Shown: positions 31,986 through 43,566 of the stretch, piece after piece
How positions within the stretch are numbered: the stretch's first letter is position 1
How the letters are laid out: every line of letters begins with the position of its first letter
Origin: an uncultured Actinomycetota bacterium
GTDB taxonomy: Bacteria; Actinomycetota; Actinomycetes; JAHEKZ01
DNA: 64,000 nt
Reading direction: 5' to 3'
Assembly (NCBI GenBank): GCA_963829525.1
Contig: CAWHIJ010000003.1
Coordinates: 1,696,001-1,760,000, forward strand
The notes under the pieces: generated by a model
The model's database searches: none
Told to the model about the DNA's origin: nothing
The model's input: the letters and a program-made list of their open reading frames with translations, nothing else
Made by a program: the position numbers and the translations under genes

Positions 31986-32314
31986 TCGCTCTGCTGGCAC
32001 TGGTGATTGGGGTTGTCTTAGGCCTCGTTCTGCAACCGACCATCCCGGCCGGGCTGCAGCCTTATCTGCCAATCGCAGTAGTAGCTGCACTCGATGCTGT
32101 ATTTGGAGCGAGCCGTGCCCTGCTGGATGGCATCTTCAATGACAGGGTCTTTGTCATCTCGTTCATCGGCAACGTGTTCGTTGCAGCCCTCGTAGTCTTT
32201 CTGGGTGACCAGCTTGGCGTCGGTGCTCAGCTGTCGACGGGTGTCGTCGTGGTCTTCTCGATTCGCATTTTCGCGAATGCCGCCGCCATCCGTCGCCACC
32301 TCTTCCACGCGTGA
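31982..32314 (+). CDS. sbp: Small basic protein (DUF1290)
   Basis: YLPIAVVAALDAVFG, RIFAN..AIRR; between two DUF881 genes. Confidence 0.9.
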   Translation: MIALLALVIGVVLGLVLQPTIPAGLQPYLPIAVVAALDAVFGASRALLDGIFNDRVFVISFIGNVFVAALVVFLGDQLGVGAQLSTGVVVVFSIRIFANAAAIRRHLFHA

Positions 32315-32326
32315 TCGGGTAAGAAG

Positions 32327-33061
32327 TTGACTGTTCCCCCAAGCATCGGGACTGAAGGAGCCGAGTCCCACGGTGCAGCACCAAAGGTTGCTGGGTGGGC
32401 TGTCGTGCGTGAGGCAGTCACCCGGCGTCCGAACAAGGGCCAGTGGATCGTGGCACTGCTGCTGTTCGGGCTGGGGTTCGGCCTCGCCATCCAGGTGCGG
32501 ACGACGCAGCAGGACGCGTTGAGCGCCGCCCGGACGTCGGATCTGGTCCGGATTCTCGACGACTTGTCAGCACAGCGTGATCGACTCGCTGCTGAAGAGA
32601 CGCAGCTACGAGCAACGATTGCCGAGCTGGAGACCGGGGCTGACCAGGCGCAGGTAGCTCGACAAGCGTCCAAAGAGCGTCTGCAGAGCCTGCGCATTCT
32701 GGCGGGGACCGTACCCGTGACCGGACCGGGTGTCACCCTGACGATTGCCGACCCCGAAGGCGTTCTCGACGCCGGTGACATTCTCGATGCGGTTCAAGAG
32801 CTGCGCGATGCCGGAGCCGAGGCCATTTCGGTCGATAGTGAACGTGTGGTCGCCACGACGGCGATCGTTGACACCCCCGAGGGGATCGCGGTGGCGGATA
32901 CGGCGCTGACATCGCCGATCGAGATTCGGGCGATTGGTGACCCGGACACCTTGACAACCGGCCTCTCGTTTCCAGGCGGAGTCGTGGAGAGCGTTCGTGA
33001 GGCGGGCGCCGAGGGCATCGTGGTTGAGCGGGAAGCGGTCGACATTGCCGCAGTCGAGTGA
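32327..33061 (+). CDS. DUF881 family protein
   Basis: TM, coiled coil, LAGTVPVTGPG, ELRDAGAEAI, PGGV; start uncertain. Confidence 0.88.
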   Translation: MTVPPSIGTEGAESHGAAPKVAGWAVVREAVTRRPNKGQWIVALLLFGLGFGLAIQVRTTQQDALSAARTSDLVRILDDLSAQRDRLAAEETQLRATIAELETGADQAQVARQASKERLQSLRILAGTVPVTGPGVTLTIADPEGVLDAGDILDAVQELRDAGAEAISVDSERVVATTAIVDTPEGIAVADTALTSPIEIRAIGDPDTLTTGLSFPGGVVESVREAGAEGIVVEREAVDIAAVE

Positions 33062-33147
33062 GGGTGCCAGATTCACCCTGGACTAGGCTCGGCAGTGCCC
33101 AGACGACTCGACACGAGAACTCGCCCACGACCTGAACGGAGGATGCG

Positions 33148-33531
33148 GTGTACCCCGAGGACCTGAAGTACACGACAGACCACGAGTGGGTGAGGACCGT
33201 CGCAGAGACGACCGTCCGGTTCGGAATCACCGACTACGCACAGGACGCCCTCGGCGACATCGTCTACGTCTCCCTGCCCGACGTCGGCACCTCGTTGGCT
33301 GCCGGTGACGCCTGCGGCGAGGTTGAGTCGACGAAGAGCGTCAGTGACCTCTACGCACCGGTCACCGGCACGGTCACCGCGCGCAACGACGCGCTCAGCG
33401 CCACCCCTGAGGTGGTCAACGCCGACGCCTATGGAGAAGGCTGGATGGTCGAGGTTGAGCTCGCGGACCCAGCCCAGCTCGCCAGTCTCCTGGACTCCGC
33501 CGGGTATGCAGCGCACGTCGCGTCAGCCTGA
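33148..33531 (+). CDS. gcvH: Glycine cleavage system H protein
   Basis: HEWV, GITDYAQDALGDIVYV, lipoyl motif EVESTKSVSD. Confidence 0.97.
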   Translation: MYPEDLKYTTDHEWVRTVAETTVRFGITDYAQDALGDIVYVSLPDVGTSLAAGDACGEVESTKSVSDLYAPVTGTVTARNDALSATPEVVNADAYGEGWMVEVELADPAQLASLLDSAGYAAHVASA

Positions 33532-33572
33532 CCCAGTTGACCGGCTGAGGGCTCACCGCGTAAGTTCAGAGC

Positions 33573-33608
33573 ACCCTCAACCTTCACCTGAACTTCGTAC
33601 TGAGAGTT
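33573..33608. promoter_or_regulatory. Putative FtsR/MerR-type operator upstream of garA-ftsR
   Basis: ACCCTCAACCTTCACCTGAACTTCGTACTGAGAGTT: CCCTCA…TGAGAG ends with 6-bp periodic interior; similar element at 35577. Confidence 0.5.
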
Positions 33609-33635
33609 CATGGGTTTCCCCGCTTTGGAGGCGTC

Positions 33636-34166
33636 ATGCCGATCTGTCCCCACTGTGGACACGACACCACGGACAGCGAGGCGCGCTTCTGTGCAGCCTG
33701 CGGTCTTCAGCTCGAGGATTCCAGGGCGGGGGAGAGCGCATCGGAGTCGACATCGGTGCTGCACCTCGGTGGGCCCGAGCACGAGGGCTCCGAGCCGGTC
33801 GGTAGCGGTGACGGAGTAGGGAGCGACGACGTCGCCGAACGGCTGCAGACGGGCACCGCTCTTCTCGTGGTGCGCCGCGGACCCGCCTCCGGGGCGCGCT
33901 TCCTGCTCGACGCCGACGTCACGACCGCTGGCCGTCATCCGGACAGCGACATCTTCCTCGACGACATCACCGTGTCGCGCCATCATGTGGAGTTCCGCCG
34001 GTCGGCCGATGGGTTCAGCATCCGAGACATGGGCAGCCTCAACGGCACCTATGTGAACCGCACGCGAATTGACGACGTCGCCCTGGTCAGTGGTGACGAG
34101 GTACAAATCGGGAAGTACCGTCTCCAGTTCTTGACCGGTGCCCGACAGGCAGAAGGACAGTCATGA
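33636..34166 (+). CDS. garA: FHA-domain protein, GarA/OdhI-like, with N-terminal zinc ribbon
   Basis: CPHC…CAAC, ESTSVL, FHA core GRHPDSDIFLDDITVSRHH, GSLNGTYVN; conserved synteny. Confidence 0.88.
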   Translation: MPICPHCGHDTTDSEARFCAACGLQLEDSRAGESASESTSVLHLGGPEHEGSEPVGSGDGVGSDDVAERLQTGTALLVVRRGPASGARFLLDADVTTAGRHPDSDIFLDDITVSRHHVEFRRSADGFSIRDMGSLNGTYVNRTRIDDVALVSGDEVQIGKYRLQFLTGARQAEGQS

Positions 34167-34924
34167 GCCCGACGGCCGGCCAGCGGTCAGCGGTCATCCC
34201 GGCCCACGCATACCTCAGCATCGGTGAGGTACTCGCCAAGCTGCGCCCGGAGTTCTCCGACGTGACGATCTCGAAGATCCGGTTCCTGGAGTCCGAAGGG
34301 CTTATCGAGCCGCAGCGGACGCCGTCCGGCTATCGGAAGTTCACCCCCGACGACATCCAACGGTTGCGCTACGTCCTCAGTGCCCAACGTGACCAATATC
34401 TGCCGCTAAAGGTGATACGCGAGCACCTCGAGGCGATGGACCGCGGTCTCGAGCCGCCGGAGACACCAGGATCGAGCCCGCGCGTTCCGGTGTCTGTTGT
34501 GCGCGGCGGCGGCTACCCAGAAGCAGAGGACTTCGCTCGAGATGGCGCAGATCTTCGGCTGTCACGAGATGAGCTTCTCGCCACCGCAGAGATCAACTCA
34601 GACCTGCTGTCCGCGCTTGAGAGCTATGGGCTCATCGCCACGAGGCGCAGCGGAGAGCACTACGACGGTGACGCGGTCGTCGTCGCCAAGGCCGCCGGTG
34701 AGCTCGCTGCCTACGGCATCGAGCCACGGCACCTCCGGGCTTTCAAGTCAGCGGCTGAACGCGAGGCCGGGCTCATCGAACAGGTGGTGACACCCCTCCT
34801 GCGAGGGCGAGGTGCTGACGCGAAGGGCCGCGCAGAAGAGACAACTCGCGCCCTCGCCGCTCTGAGTGTTCGGTTGCATGCCGCTCTGGTGAAGGCGCAG
34901 CTCGGCCCCGATTTTCGCACCTGA
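34163..34924 (+). CDS. ftsR: MerR-family regulator, FtsR/Rv1828-like
   Basis: SIGEVL…TISKIRFLESEGLI.P.RTPSGYRKF, GIEPRHLRAFK. Confidence 0.85.
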   Translation: MSPTAGQRSAVIPAHAYLSIGEVLAKLRPEFSDVTISKIRFLESEGLIEPQRTPSGYRKFTPDDIQRLRYVLSAQRDQYLPLKVIREHLEAMDRGLEPPETPGSSPRVPVSVVRGGGYPEAEDFARDGADLRLSRDELLATAEINSDLLSALESYGLIATRRSGEHYDGDAVVVAKAAGELAAYGIEPRHLRAFKSAAEREAGLIEQVVTPLLRGRGADAKGRAEETTRALAALSVRLHAALVKAQLGPDFRT

Positions 34925-35002
34925 CGCCACCAGTTCTCGCCTTGGTTCCGGACGGTCAGCCGGCCGGAACCGGGGTAGGGTGAAGCTATGGAGCCCGTTG
35001 AC

Positions 35003-35578
35003 ATGAAAGCCGTTGACGTGGTCGGCGTCCGGGTAGAGATGCCGACGAACCAGCCCATCGTCTTGCTCCGTGAGCGTGATGGTGAGCGATACCTTCCGAT
35101 CTGGATCGGCGCCGTCGAAGCCACCGCGATTGCGTATGCCCAGCAGGGAGTTGAGCCGGCGCGGCCACTGACACATGATCTGCTGGCCGATGTCGTCGGA
35201 GGCTTGGGGCATCTCCTCGTCGAGGTACGCATCACCGACCTGTCCGACGGCGTCTTCTTCGCTGAGCTCGTCTTTGACAGTGGCCAGATCATCAGTGCTC
35301 GGCCCTCCGACGCCATCGCGCTTGCTTTACGGGTCGATGCTCCCGTTGTTGCATCTCCGGACGTACTGGACGAGGCAGGGATCGCGCTGCCGGACGACGA
35401 TGATTCCGAGCTCGGGGCTGAGATCGAGGATGCGCTCGGCGAGGTGGGTGAGCGACGAGCACCCAGCGAGGGAGAGCTCGAACGCTTCCGTGAGTTTCTT
35501 GAGGGAATCTCGCCAGAGGACTTCGGGACTCCTGGGGCGTCAGGCCCGGAGACTGCTGGACCCGAAACACCCTCTTAA
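35003..35578 (+). CDS. Bifunctional nuclease family protein (DUF151)
   Basis: LPIWIG..EA, RPLTHDL, ARPSDAIALA, FREFL…PEDF; start could be 34988. Confidence 0.92.
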   Translation: MKAVDVVGVRVEMPTNQPIVLLRERDGERYLPIWIGAVEATAIAYAQQGVEPARPLTHDLLADVVGGLGHLLVEVRITDLSDGVFFAELVFDSGQIISARPSDAIALALRVDAPVVASPDVLDEAGIALPDDDDSELGAEIEDALGEVGERRAPSEGELERFREFLEGISPEDFGTPGASGPETAGPETPS

Positions 35579-35601
35579 CTCTCGATCTCTACCTGAGGGT
35601 T
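35577..35601. promoter_or_regulatory. Putative FtsR/MerR-type quasi-palindromic operator
   Basis: AACTCTC-N11-GAGGGTT upstream of the second MerR gene. Confidence 0.5.
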
Positions 35602-35656
35602 TGGAAATCTCGATCATTCGTGGAGACTTTGCCTCGGCGTGTCGAGAGCCGGTGCG

Positions 35657-35685
35657 TTGACCCGACATCGGCAGGGGCTTAGCGT
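35657..35685 (+). promoter_or_regulatory. Housekeeping-sigma promoter of the MerR gene
   Basis: TTGACC-N17-TAGCGT; GTGTC (reverse GACAC, WhiA-like core) at 35639-35643 just upstream. Confidence 0.55.
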
Positions 35686-35776
35686 GCTCTCGACACCACG
35701 GTAATGCCAGGCGTGTACTTTCCTCCGAGCCACCGGCTCCACGCGACTGGTAACCCGGGGCAGACGGAGGTCAAGA

Positions 35777-36421
35777 GTGACTGGTGGCGGACCCCAAGCG
35801 GGCGATGACGTCGGCCTCGCAGCGGCGCAGCAGGAGGCCAAAGAATCGGCTCGTAAGAGCGCTGGCCAGCAAGGGCTGCTCTTTACCGATGAGGTGCGTG
35901 CGCTGCCAGAAGACATCGGCTACCGCGGACCCACGGTCTGTGCCGCGGCTGGAATCACCTACCGTCAGCTGGACTACTGGGCGCGTACCGGGCTCGTCGA
36001 GCCGAGCATTCGGGGCGCCAGCGGGTCGGGCACCCAACGGCTCTACGGTTTCCGCGACGTCCTGGTCCTGAAGATCGTCAAACGACTGCTCGACACGGGA
36101 GTGTCCCTTCAGCAGATCCGAACCGCTGTCCAGCATCTGCGCGAGCGGGGGACCGACGACCTGGCCAACATCACCCTGATGAGTGATGGTGCTTCGGTCT
36201 ATGAGTGCACCAGCGCCGACGAGGTGATCGACCTCGTCCAAGGTGGACAGGGCGTCTTCGGTATCGCGGTCGGACGCGTGTGGCGTGAGGTTGAGGGCAG
36301 TCTCGCCGAGATGCCGTGGGAACGTCCCGACTCCGATGACCTCGAGGATCCATTCGCTGTCACGGTTGGCGAGTCATCCGACGAGCTCGCGGTACGTCGT
36401 CGCGCTCGCACTGCCGGCTGA
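35777..36421 (+). CDS. MerR-family regulator (Rv1830-like)
   Basis: GYRGP..C.AAGITYRQLDYWARTGLVEPS, GSGTQRLY, GGQGVFGIAV. Confidence 0.92.
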   Translation: MTGGGPQAGDDVGLAAAQQEAKESARKSAGQQGLLFTDEVRALPEDIGYRGPTVCAAAGITYRQLDYWARTGLVEPSIRGASGSGTQRLYGFRDVLVLKIVKRLLDTGVSLQQIRTAVQHLRERGTDDLANITLMSDGASVYECTSADEVIDLVQGGQGVFGIAVGRVWREVEGSLAEMPWERPDSDDLEDPFAVTVGESSDELAVRRRARTAG

Positions 36422-36439
36422 GGATAGACTGGAAGGAAG

Positions 36440-36641
36440 CCGATGACCCCGGCGGAAGAGTTCCTCGCAGCCAGCGAGGACGCCGAAGGAGCAATTCTCC
36501 CCAGAAACTCTCAGGCCCCCGGACCGCTTGGGTGAGGCATCTCTGGAAAGCGGGCTTCGTGCCCCACCGACGGTGCAAGCGCCACAGCTGCTTCGGCAGT
36601 CTCTGGCGCGAACCTCTCAGGTGCCGATGACAGAGGGGGAG
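36440..36641 (+). ncRNA. Tandem glycine riboswitch
   Basis: Two aptamers (GGAAGAG…GCCGAAGGAGCAA…CTCTCAGG and CTCTGGAAAG…ACCGACGGTGCAA…CTCTCAGG…ACAGAG) directly upstream of gcvP; TAGACT -10 at 36425. Confidence 0.92.
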
Positions 36642-36670
36642 CCCGATCCACCTTTTTGGAGGCGCTCCCG

Positions 36671-39625
<2,955 letters not shown>

Positions 39626-39654
39626 CCCCACCCTCCAGCGTGGTCGACGTCGCG

Positions 39655-40245
39655 TCAGCGTGACGCCGCGATGACACCGGCTCTCCACCCCGGCGCTCGG
39701 CCGCTGGCCGGTGGCGTGATCGACAAGGCATCGATGTCGGCGCGTGAGATGGCCCACGCCACCAATGAGTTGGAGTTCCACATGTCCCCGGCCGTCAGTT
39801 CATCGCGGCCCCATGTCGATCTTGGAAAGGACGCAACCCCCTCAAAGACAGCGAGCGCACGATCAGGTTCATTGGTGACGGTGGTGATGCCACCGACAGC
39901 CTCGCTCAGGTCAGGTATCACGCCGTCCCGCCAGCGGCGAACCTCATACCGGAAGAAGCGCGAACGGCCTAGGAGCCTGAACCCGACTGGGCCGTCCCCG
40001 ACAATGCCGTCCTGACCGTGACCGCTGCCCCATGCAGGCGCCATCTCGACGGCGTGCCGCACGTCGCCGAGCCAGATCTCAAGTGCGGCGTGGTACAGAT
40101 CCTGTGGCTGGCGCCCGGCGCGCCGAGCCGCGACCCGTTCGTAGAGGCGGCCGCTCCAGCGGACGACAGGCAGCGTCGCGCCAGCCCCTAGTGGTATCCA
40201 GTACAGGTCCACCCGACCCCTGTCCGGAGTGCATTTTGCGCCCAT
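39655..40245 (-). CDS. Hypothetical protein, possible permuted papain-like (PPPDE/DUF3750-like) fold
   Basis: DLYWIPLGAG, LYHAALEI, WNSNSLVAW; start uncertain. Confidence 0.6.
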   Translation of the reverse strand: MGAKCTPDRGRVDLYWIPLGAGATLPVVRWSGRLYERVAARRAGRQPQDLYHAALEIWLGDVRHAVEMAPAWGSGHGQDGIVGDGPVGFRLLGRSRFFRYEVRRWRDGVIPDLSEAVGGITTVTNEPDRALAVFEGVASFPRSTWGRDELTAGDMWNSNSLVAWAISRADIDALSITPPASGRAPGWRAGVIAASR

Positions 40246-40272
40246 CCCGGCCAATGGTGTCAGGATGCAAGG

Positions 40273-41382
40273 GTGCCCGTCCTCCTTGCAGCTGCCACGG
40301 CGCTGCCTCTTCACCGCTACCCCCAGGGGCAGATCACCGAAGCATTCACCGAACTCATGGTCGGCGGTGGGCCAGCAAATCACGCTGGCGCCGATACCGA
40401 AGATCGATCGATGGCTGGCCTCCGCAGTGCGATCGCTCGAACTCATGCGGCGACAACGGTCGAGTGGCGGCACCTTGCCTTGCCCTTGGCTGACTACGAG
40501 AAGCTCGAAGACTTCGGCGCTGCAAACGACGCATTTCTACGCGAGGCACCACCCCTGGCCGCACGGGCCGTCTCGCTGGCACTCGAACGGGCTGGCCTGA
40601 GGGCAAGGGATGTCGACCTGGTTGTCTCCACGACCGTCACCGGTGTTGCGGCCCCGAGCCTGGACGCGCGCCTCATGCCGCTGCTTGACCTTCGCCAGGA
40701 CGTCAAGCGCATGCCGCTCGTCGGACTTGGCTGCGTGGCTGGTGCCGTGGGGATCGCTCGTGTGGCTGACTACTTGCAGGGGCACCCCGATGAGGTCGCC
40801 GTCCTGGTCAGTGCCGAGCTCTGCTCGCTGACTCTTCAGCAGGACGATACGTCGATGGCTAACGTCGTCGCATCCGGACTGTTTGGTGACGGCGCAGCCG
40901 CTGTCGTTTTGGTTGGCGACGGCCGCGCCGACCTGCTTGGACGTGGCGGTGTTCGGGTCTGTGACTCGTTGTCGCACTTCTTCCCCGATACCGAGCGAGT
41001 GATGGGATGGGACGTCGGATCCTTTGGGATGCGGGTCGTGCTGTCACCTAACGTCCCCGACCTGGTGGCAAACGAGTTGCGCCCAGTGATCGACGCGCTG
41101 CTTGAGCGCAATGGGCTCAGCGCAGGTGACATCGAGCACTGGGTGGCGCACCCCGGCGGCCCAAAGGTGCTGACGGCTCTGGAAGACGCGCTGGGGGTGG
41201 ATGCCAGCGCGACAGCGCTGACCTGGGACTCGCTGCGAGAGGTGGGAAACCTCTCCTCTGCATCGGTGCTCCATGTGCTTGAGAAGACTCTCGACCGGTC
41301 GCCGGCTGGATCTGGTAGTCCGGGCGTCCTGCTGGCAATGGGGCCCGGGTTCTGTGCCGAGCTAGTCCTGCTCGAGTGGTGA
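40273..41382 (+). CDS. Type III polyketide synthase (SrsA-like)
   Basis: Cys-His-Asn triad: GLGCVAG, HPGGPK, GNLSS; ELCSL, LFGDGAAA. Confidence 0.95.
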   Translation: MPVLLAAATALPLHRYPQGQITEAFTELMVGGGPANHAGADTEDRSMAGLRSAIARTHAATTVEWRHLALPLADYEKLEDFGAANDAFLREAPPLAARAVSLALERAGLRARDVDLVVSTTVTGVAAPSLDARLMPLLDLRQDVKRMPLVGLGCVAGAVGIARVADYLQGHPDEVAVLVSAELCSLTLQQDDTSMANVVASGLFGDGAAAVVLVGDGRADLLGRGGVRVCDSLSHFFPDTERVMGWDVGSFGMRVVLSPNVPDLVANELRPVIDALLERNGLSAGDIEHWVAHPGGPKVLTALEDALGVDASATALTWDSLREVGNLSSASVLHVLEKTLDRSPAGSGSPGVLLAMGPGFCAELVLLEW

Positions 41383-41386
41383 TCGA

Positions 41387-41926
41387 GTGACATCGACAGC
41401 ATGGTTTGTCCTCTTGGTAGCTGCCGTTGGTGTCGAACGCGTCGTGGAGCTCGTCATCTCGCAGCGTCACATCGCCTGGGCGAAGGCTCGCGGCGGAGTC
41501 GAGCTCGGCCGTGAGCACTACCTGCCGATGGTGCTCATCCATGTCGGACTCTTGGTCGGTTCAGTGCTCGAAGTCGTTCTGCTGGGGCGGGTCTTCCTGC
41601 CCTGGCTGGGCTGGCCCGCGCTCGTCGGGGTTGGCCTCGCTCAGGGGCTTCGCTGGTGGTGCATCGCCTCGCTGGGAAAGCAGTGGAACACCCGCATTGT
41701 TGTCGTCCCCGGCGCCGCGCGTGTCAGCGGCGGGCCGTATCGGCGGATGCGTCACCCGAACTACCTTGCCGTGGTAGCCGAAGGAGTCTGCCTCCCCTTG
41801 GTCCATACCGCGTGGATCACGGCGACGCTCTTCACGATCGCCAATGCGTGGGTACTGCGCCAACGGATCCCGGCCGAGAACAAGGCGCTGCTACTGCTCG
41901 ATGGTGCAGCTGCGGGTGACCGATGA
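41387..41926 (+). CDS. ICMT-family methyltransferase (SrsB-like)
   Basis: ERVVEL, LGKQWNTRI, GPYR.MRHPNY. Confidence 0.92.
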   Translation: MTSTAWFVLLVAAVGVERVVELVISQRHIAWAKARGGVELGREHYLPMVLIHVGLLVGSVLEVVLLGRVFLPWLGWPALVGVGLAQGLRWWCIASLGKQWNTRIVVVPGAARVSGGPYRRMRHPNYLAVVAEGVCLPLVHTAWITATLFTIANAWVLRQRIPAENKALLLLDGAAAGDR

Positions 41927-42957
41927 AGCTGGTCGTCGTCGGCGGGGGACCGGTGGGGCTCTACTCCGCGATCGCGGCACAGTTGGCCGGAATGGACGCG
42001 ACAGTCGTCGAGCAGCGAGAAGGCGTCATCGACAAAGCATGCGGCGAAGGGCTGATGCCAGCAGCCATTGGTGCCCTGCACGAGATCGGTGTCGATCCCG
42101 TCGGGGTCGAGTTCGGCGGCATCCGCTACCTCGATGCGCGTGGGCGCAGGCAGGTACGCGCCCCGTTAGCCAGTGCCCCTGGGCGCGGAGTTCGCCGAAC
42201 GGTTCTGATGGCCGCCCTGCAAGCGAGGGCTGACACTGTCGGTGTCAACGTGATCCACGACCGCTGCATCGGCATCGACCAGGACGCCATCAGGGTTTGC
42301 CTGTCACTGGCAGACGGTGGCGAGATCTATGCGGACGTCGTTCTGGGGTGCGATGGGCTCACGTCGGGCGTTCGTCACGCCTTGGGGTTGGACCGCGCGA
42401 CGACCGGTCCGGTGCGTTACGGGCTTCGACAACACTTCGCGGTGCAGCCATGGAGCGACGACGTCGAGGTGTACTGGGCCGAGCGGGCAGAGGCGTACGT
42501 GACACCGGTGGCGGATGAGCTCGTTGGCGTGGCACTACTGGGCGAGCGTGGAGGCACGTTCAGCGATCGACTGGACGACTTTCCGGCACTCGTTGCCCGT
42601 GTTGGCGGAGCCCAGCCCGCTGGGGCGACGCTTGGGGCAGGCCCCCTGCGACGCCGTGCGGCCCATCCGAGTCGTGGACGAGTTCTGCTTGTCGGCGATG
42701 CTGCCGGATACGTCGACGCCCTGACAGGTGAGGGGCTCGCCATCGGGTTTCTAGGCGCCCGGGCCGCCGTAGCAGCGGCGGCGTCGGGTCGCCTCGATCG
42801 CTACCCGGCCGATTGGAGCCGCATCACCCGGCGCTTTCGTTGGTCGACCGAGGCGCTGCTGCGGGCCACCCAACGGCCACGTTCGCGGTCGGCGCTGCTA
42901 CCGCTGGCGCAGGGGCTGCCGACGGTGTTCGCCCGCGCCGTGCGCACGATGACCTGA
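41923..42957 (+). CDS. FAD-dependent monooxygenase/oxidoreductase (SrsC-like)
   Basis: GGGPVG, DKACGEGL, GCDG..S, LVGDAAGYVDALTGEG. Confidence 0.88.
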   Translation: MKLVVVGGGPVGLYSAIAAQLAGMDATVVEQREGVIDKACGEGLMPAAIGALHEIGVDPVGVEFGGIRYLDARGRRQVRAPLASAPGRGVRRTVLMAALQARADTVGVNVIHDRCIGIDQDAIRVCLSLADGGEIYADVVLGCDGLTSGVRHALGLDRATTGPVRYGLRQHFAVQPWSDDVEVYWAERAEAYVTPVADELVGVALLGERGGTFSDRLDDFPALVARVGGAQPAGATLGAGPLRRRAAHPSRGRVLLVGDAAGYVDALTGEGLAIGFLGARAAVAAAASGRLDRYPADWSRITRRFRWSTEALLRATQRPRSRSALLPLAQGLPTVFARAVRTMT

Positions 42958-42967
42958 CGTTCCTCAC

Positions 42968-43453
42968 TCAGGTGCGACCTTCACGCTCCTGCGCTTCGAA
43001 AAGTGACGCTTGCTGAGGCTCGGTCTCGGGCATCCACTTCGCATGCTCGACGGTGAAGCCGGCTGCCGTGAGCGTGTCGATCACAAGTGCGTCGTCGTCG
43101 ACGACAACGTCGATGGTGCCGGACGCAGCGAGGCGCCGGACTTCGTCGAGCTTGAACATCCGGGCCGGGCGGCGATCGGTGTCCGGACGCATCAACACGG
43201 TGGAGCGTGGAAACCCGTGTGCCGCCAGCCAGGTCTCGGTGTCCAGGCGGCAACGTTCGGGGCGTCCGGTCAGGTAGATGATGTCGCCGCGCGTTGCCAG
43301 CTCGGTGGCACGGTCGAGACCCTCGGGCAGGGGAGTGTCGTCTGGCGCCGCAGCGAAGAAGGCGTCCCAGTCCTTGGGGCGACGTTGAACATGGGCGAGC
43401 CGGTGCCGCACGTCAGCCAGAACGCCGTCGATGTCGAGAACAGCCAGGCCCAT
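42968..43453 (-). CDS. HAD-superfamily phosphatase (polynucleotide-kinase phosphatase-like)
   Basis: DIDGVLAD, LTGRPE, MRP.D.RP…K, VDDD. Confidence 0.82.
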   Translation of the reverse strand: MGLAVLDIDGVLADVRHRLAHVQRRPKDWDAFFAAAPDDTPLPEGLDRATELATRGDIIYLTGRPERCRLDTETWLAAHGFPRSTVLMRPDTDRRPARMFKLDEVRRLAASGTIDVVVDDDALVIDTLTAAGFTVEHAKWMPETEPQQASLFEAQEREGRT

Positions 43454-43500
43454 GGGGGCAACTGTAGGGACCGGGGCCAGGCCCTGGTCGCGTCCGGCCC

Positions 43501-43551
43501 TTGACAGGGCCTCTTGCTGAGTGAACACTGTAAGCAGTGAACAGCGTTTAC
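43501..43551 (+). promoter_or_regulatory. Promoter with repeated operator-like sequence upstream of the epimerase gene
   Basis: TTGACA at 43501; GTGAACA repeated at 43521 and 43537, the second as near-palindrome GTGAAC-AGC-GTTTAC. Confidence 0.45.
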
Positions 43552-43566
43552 TCCAAGGAGGCAGCA

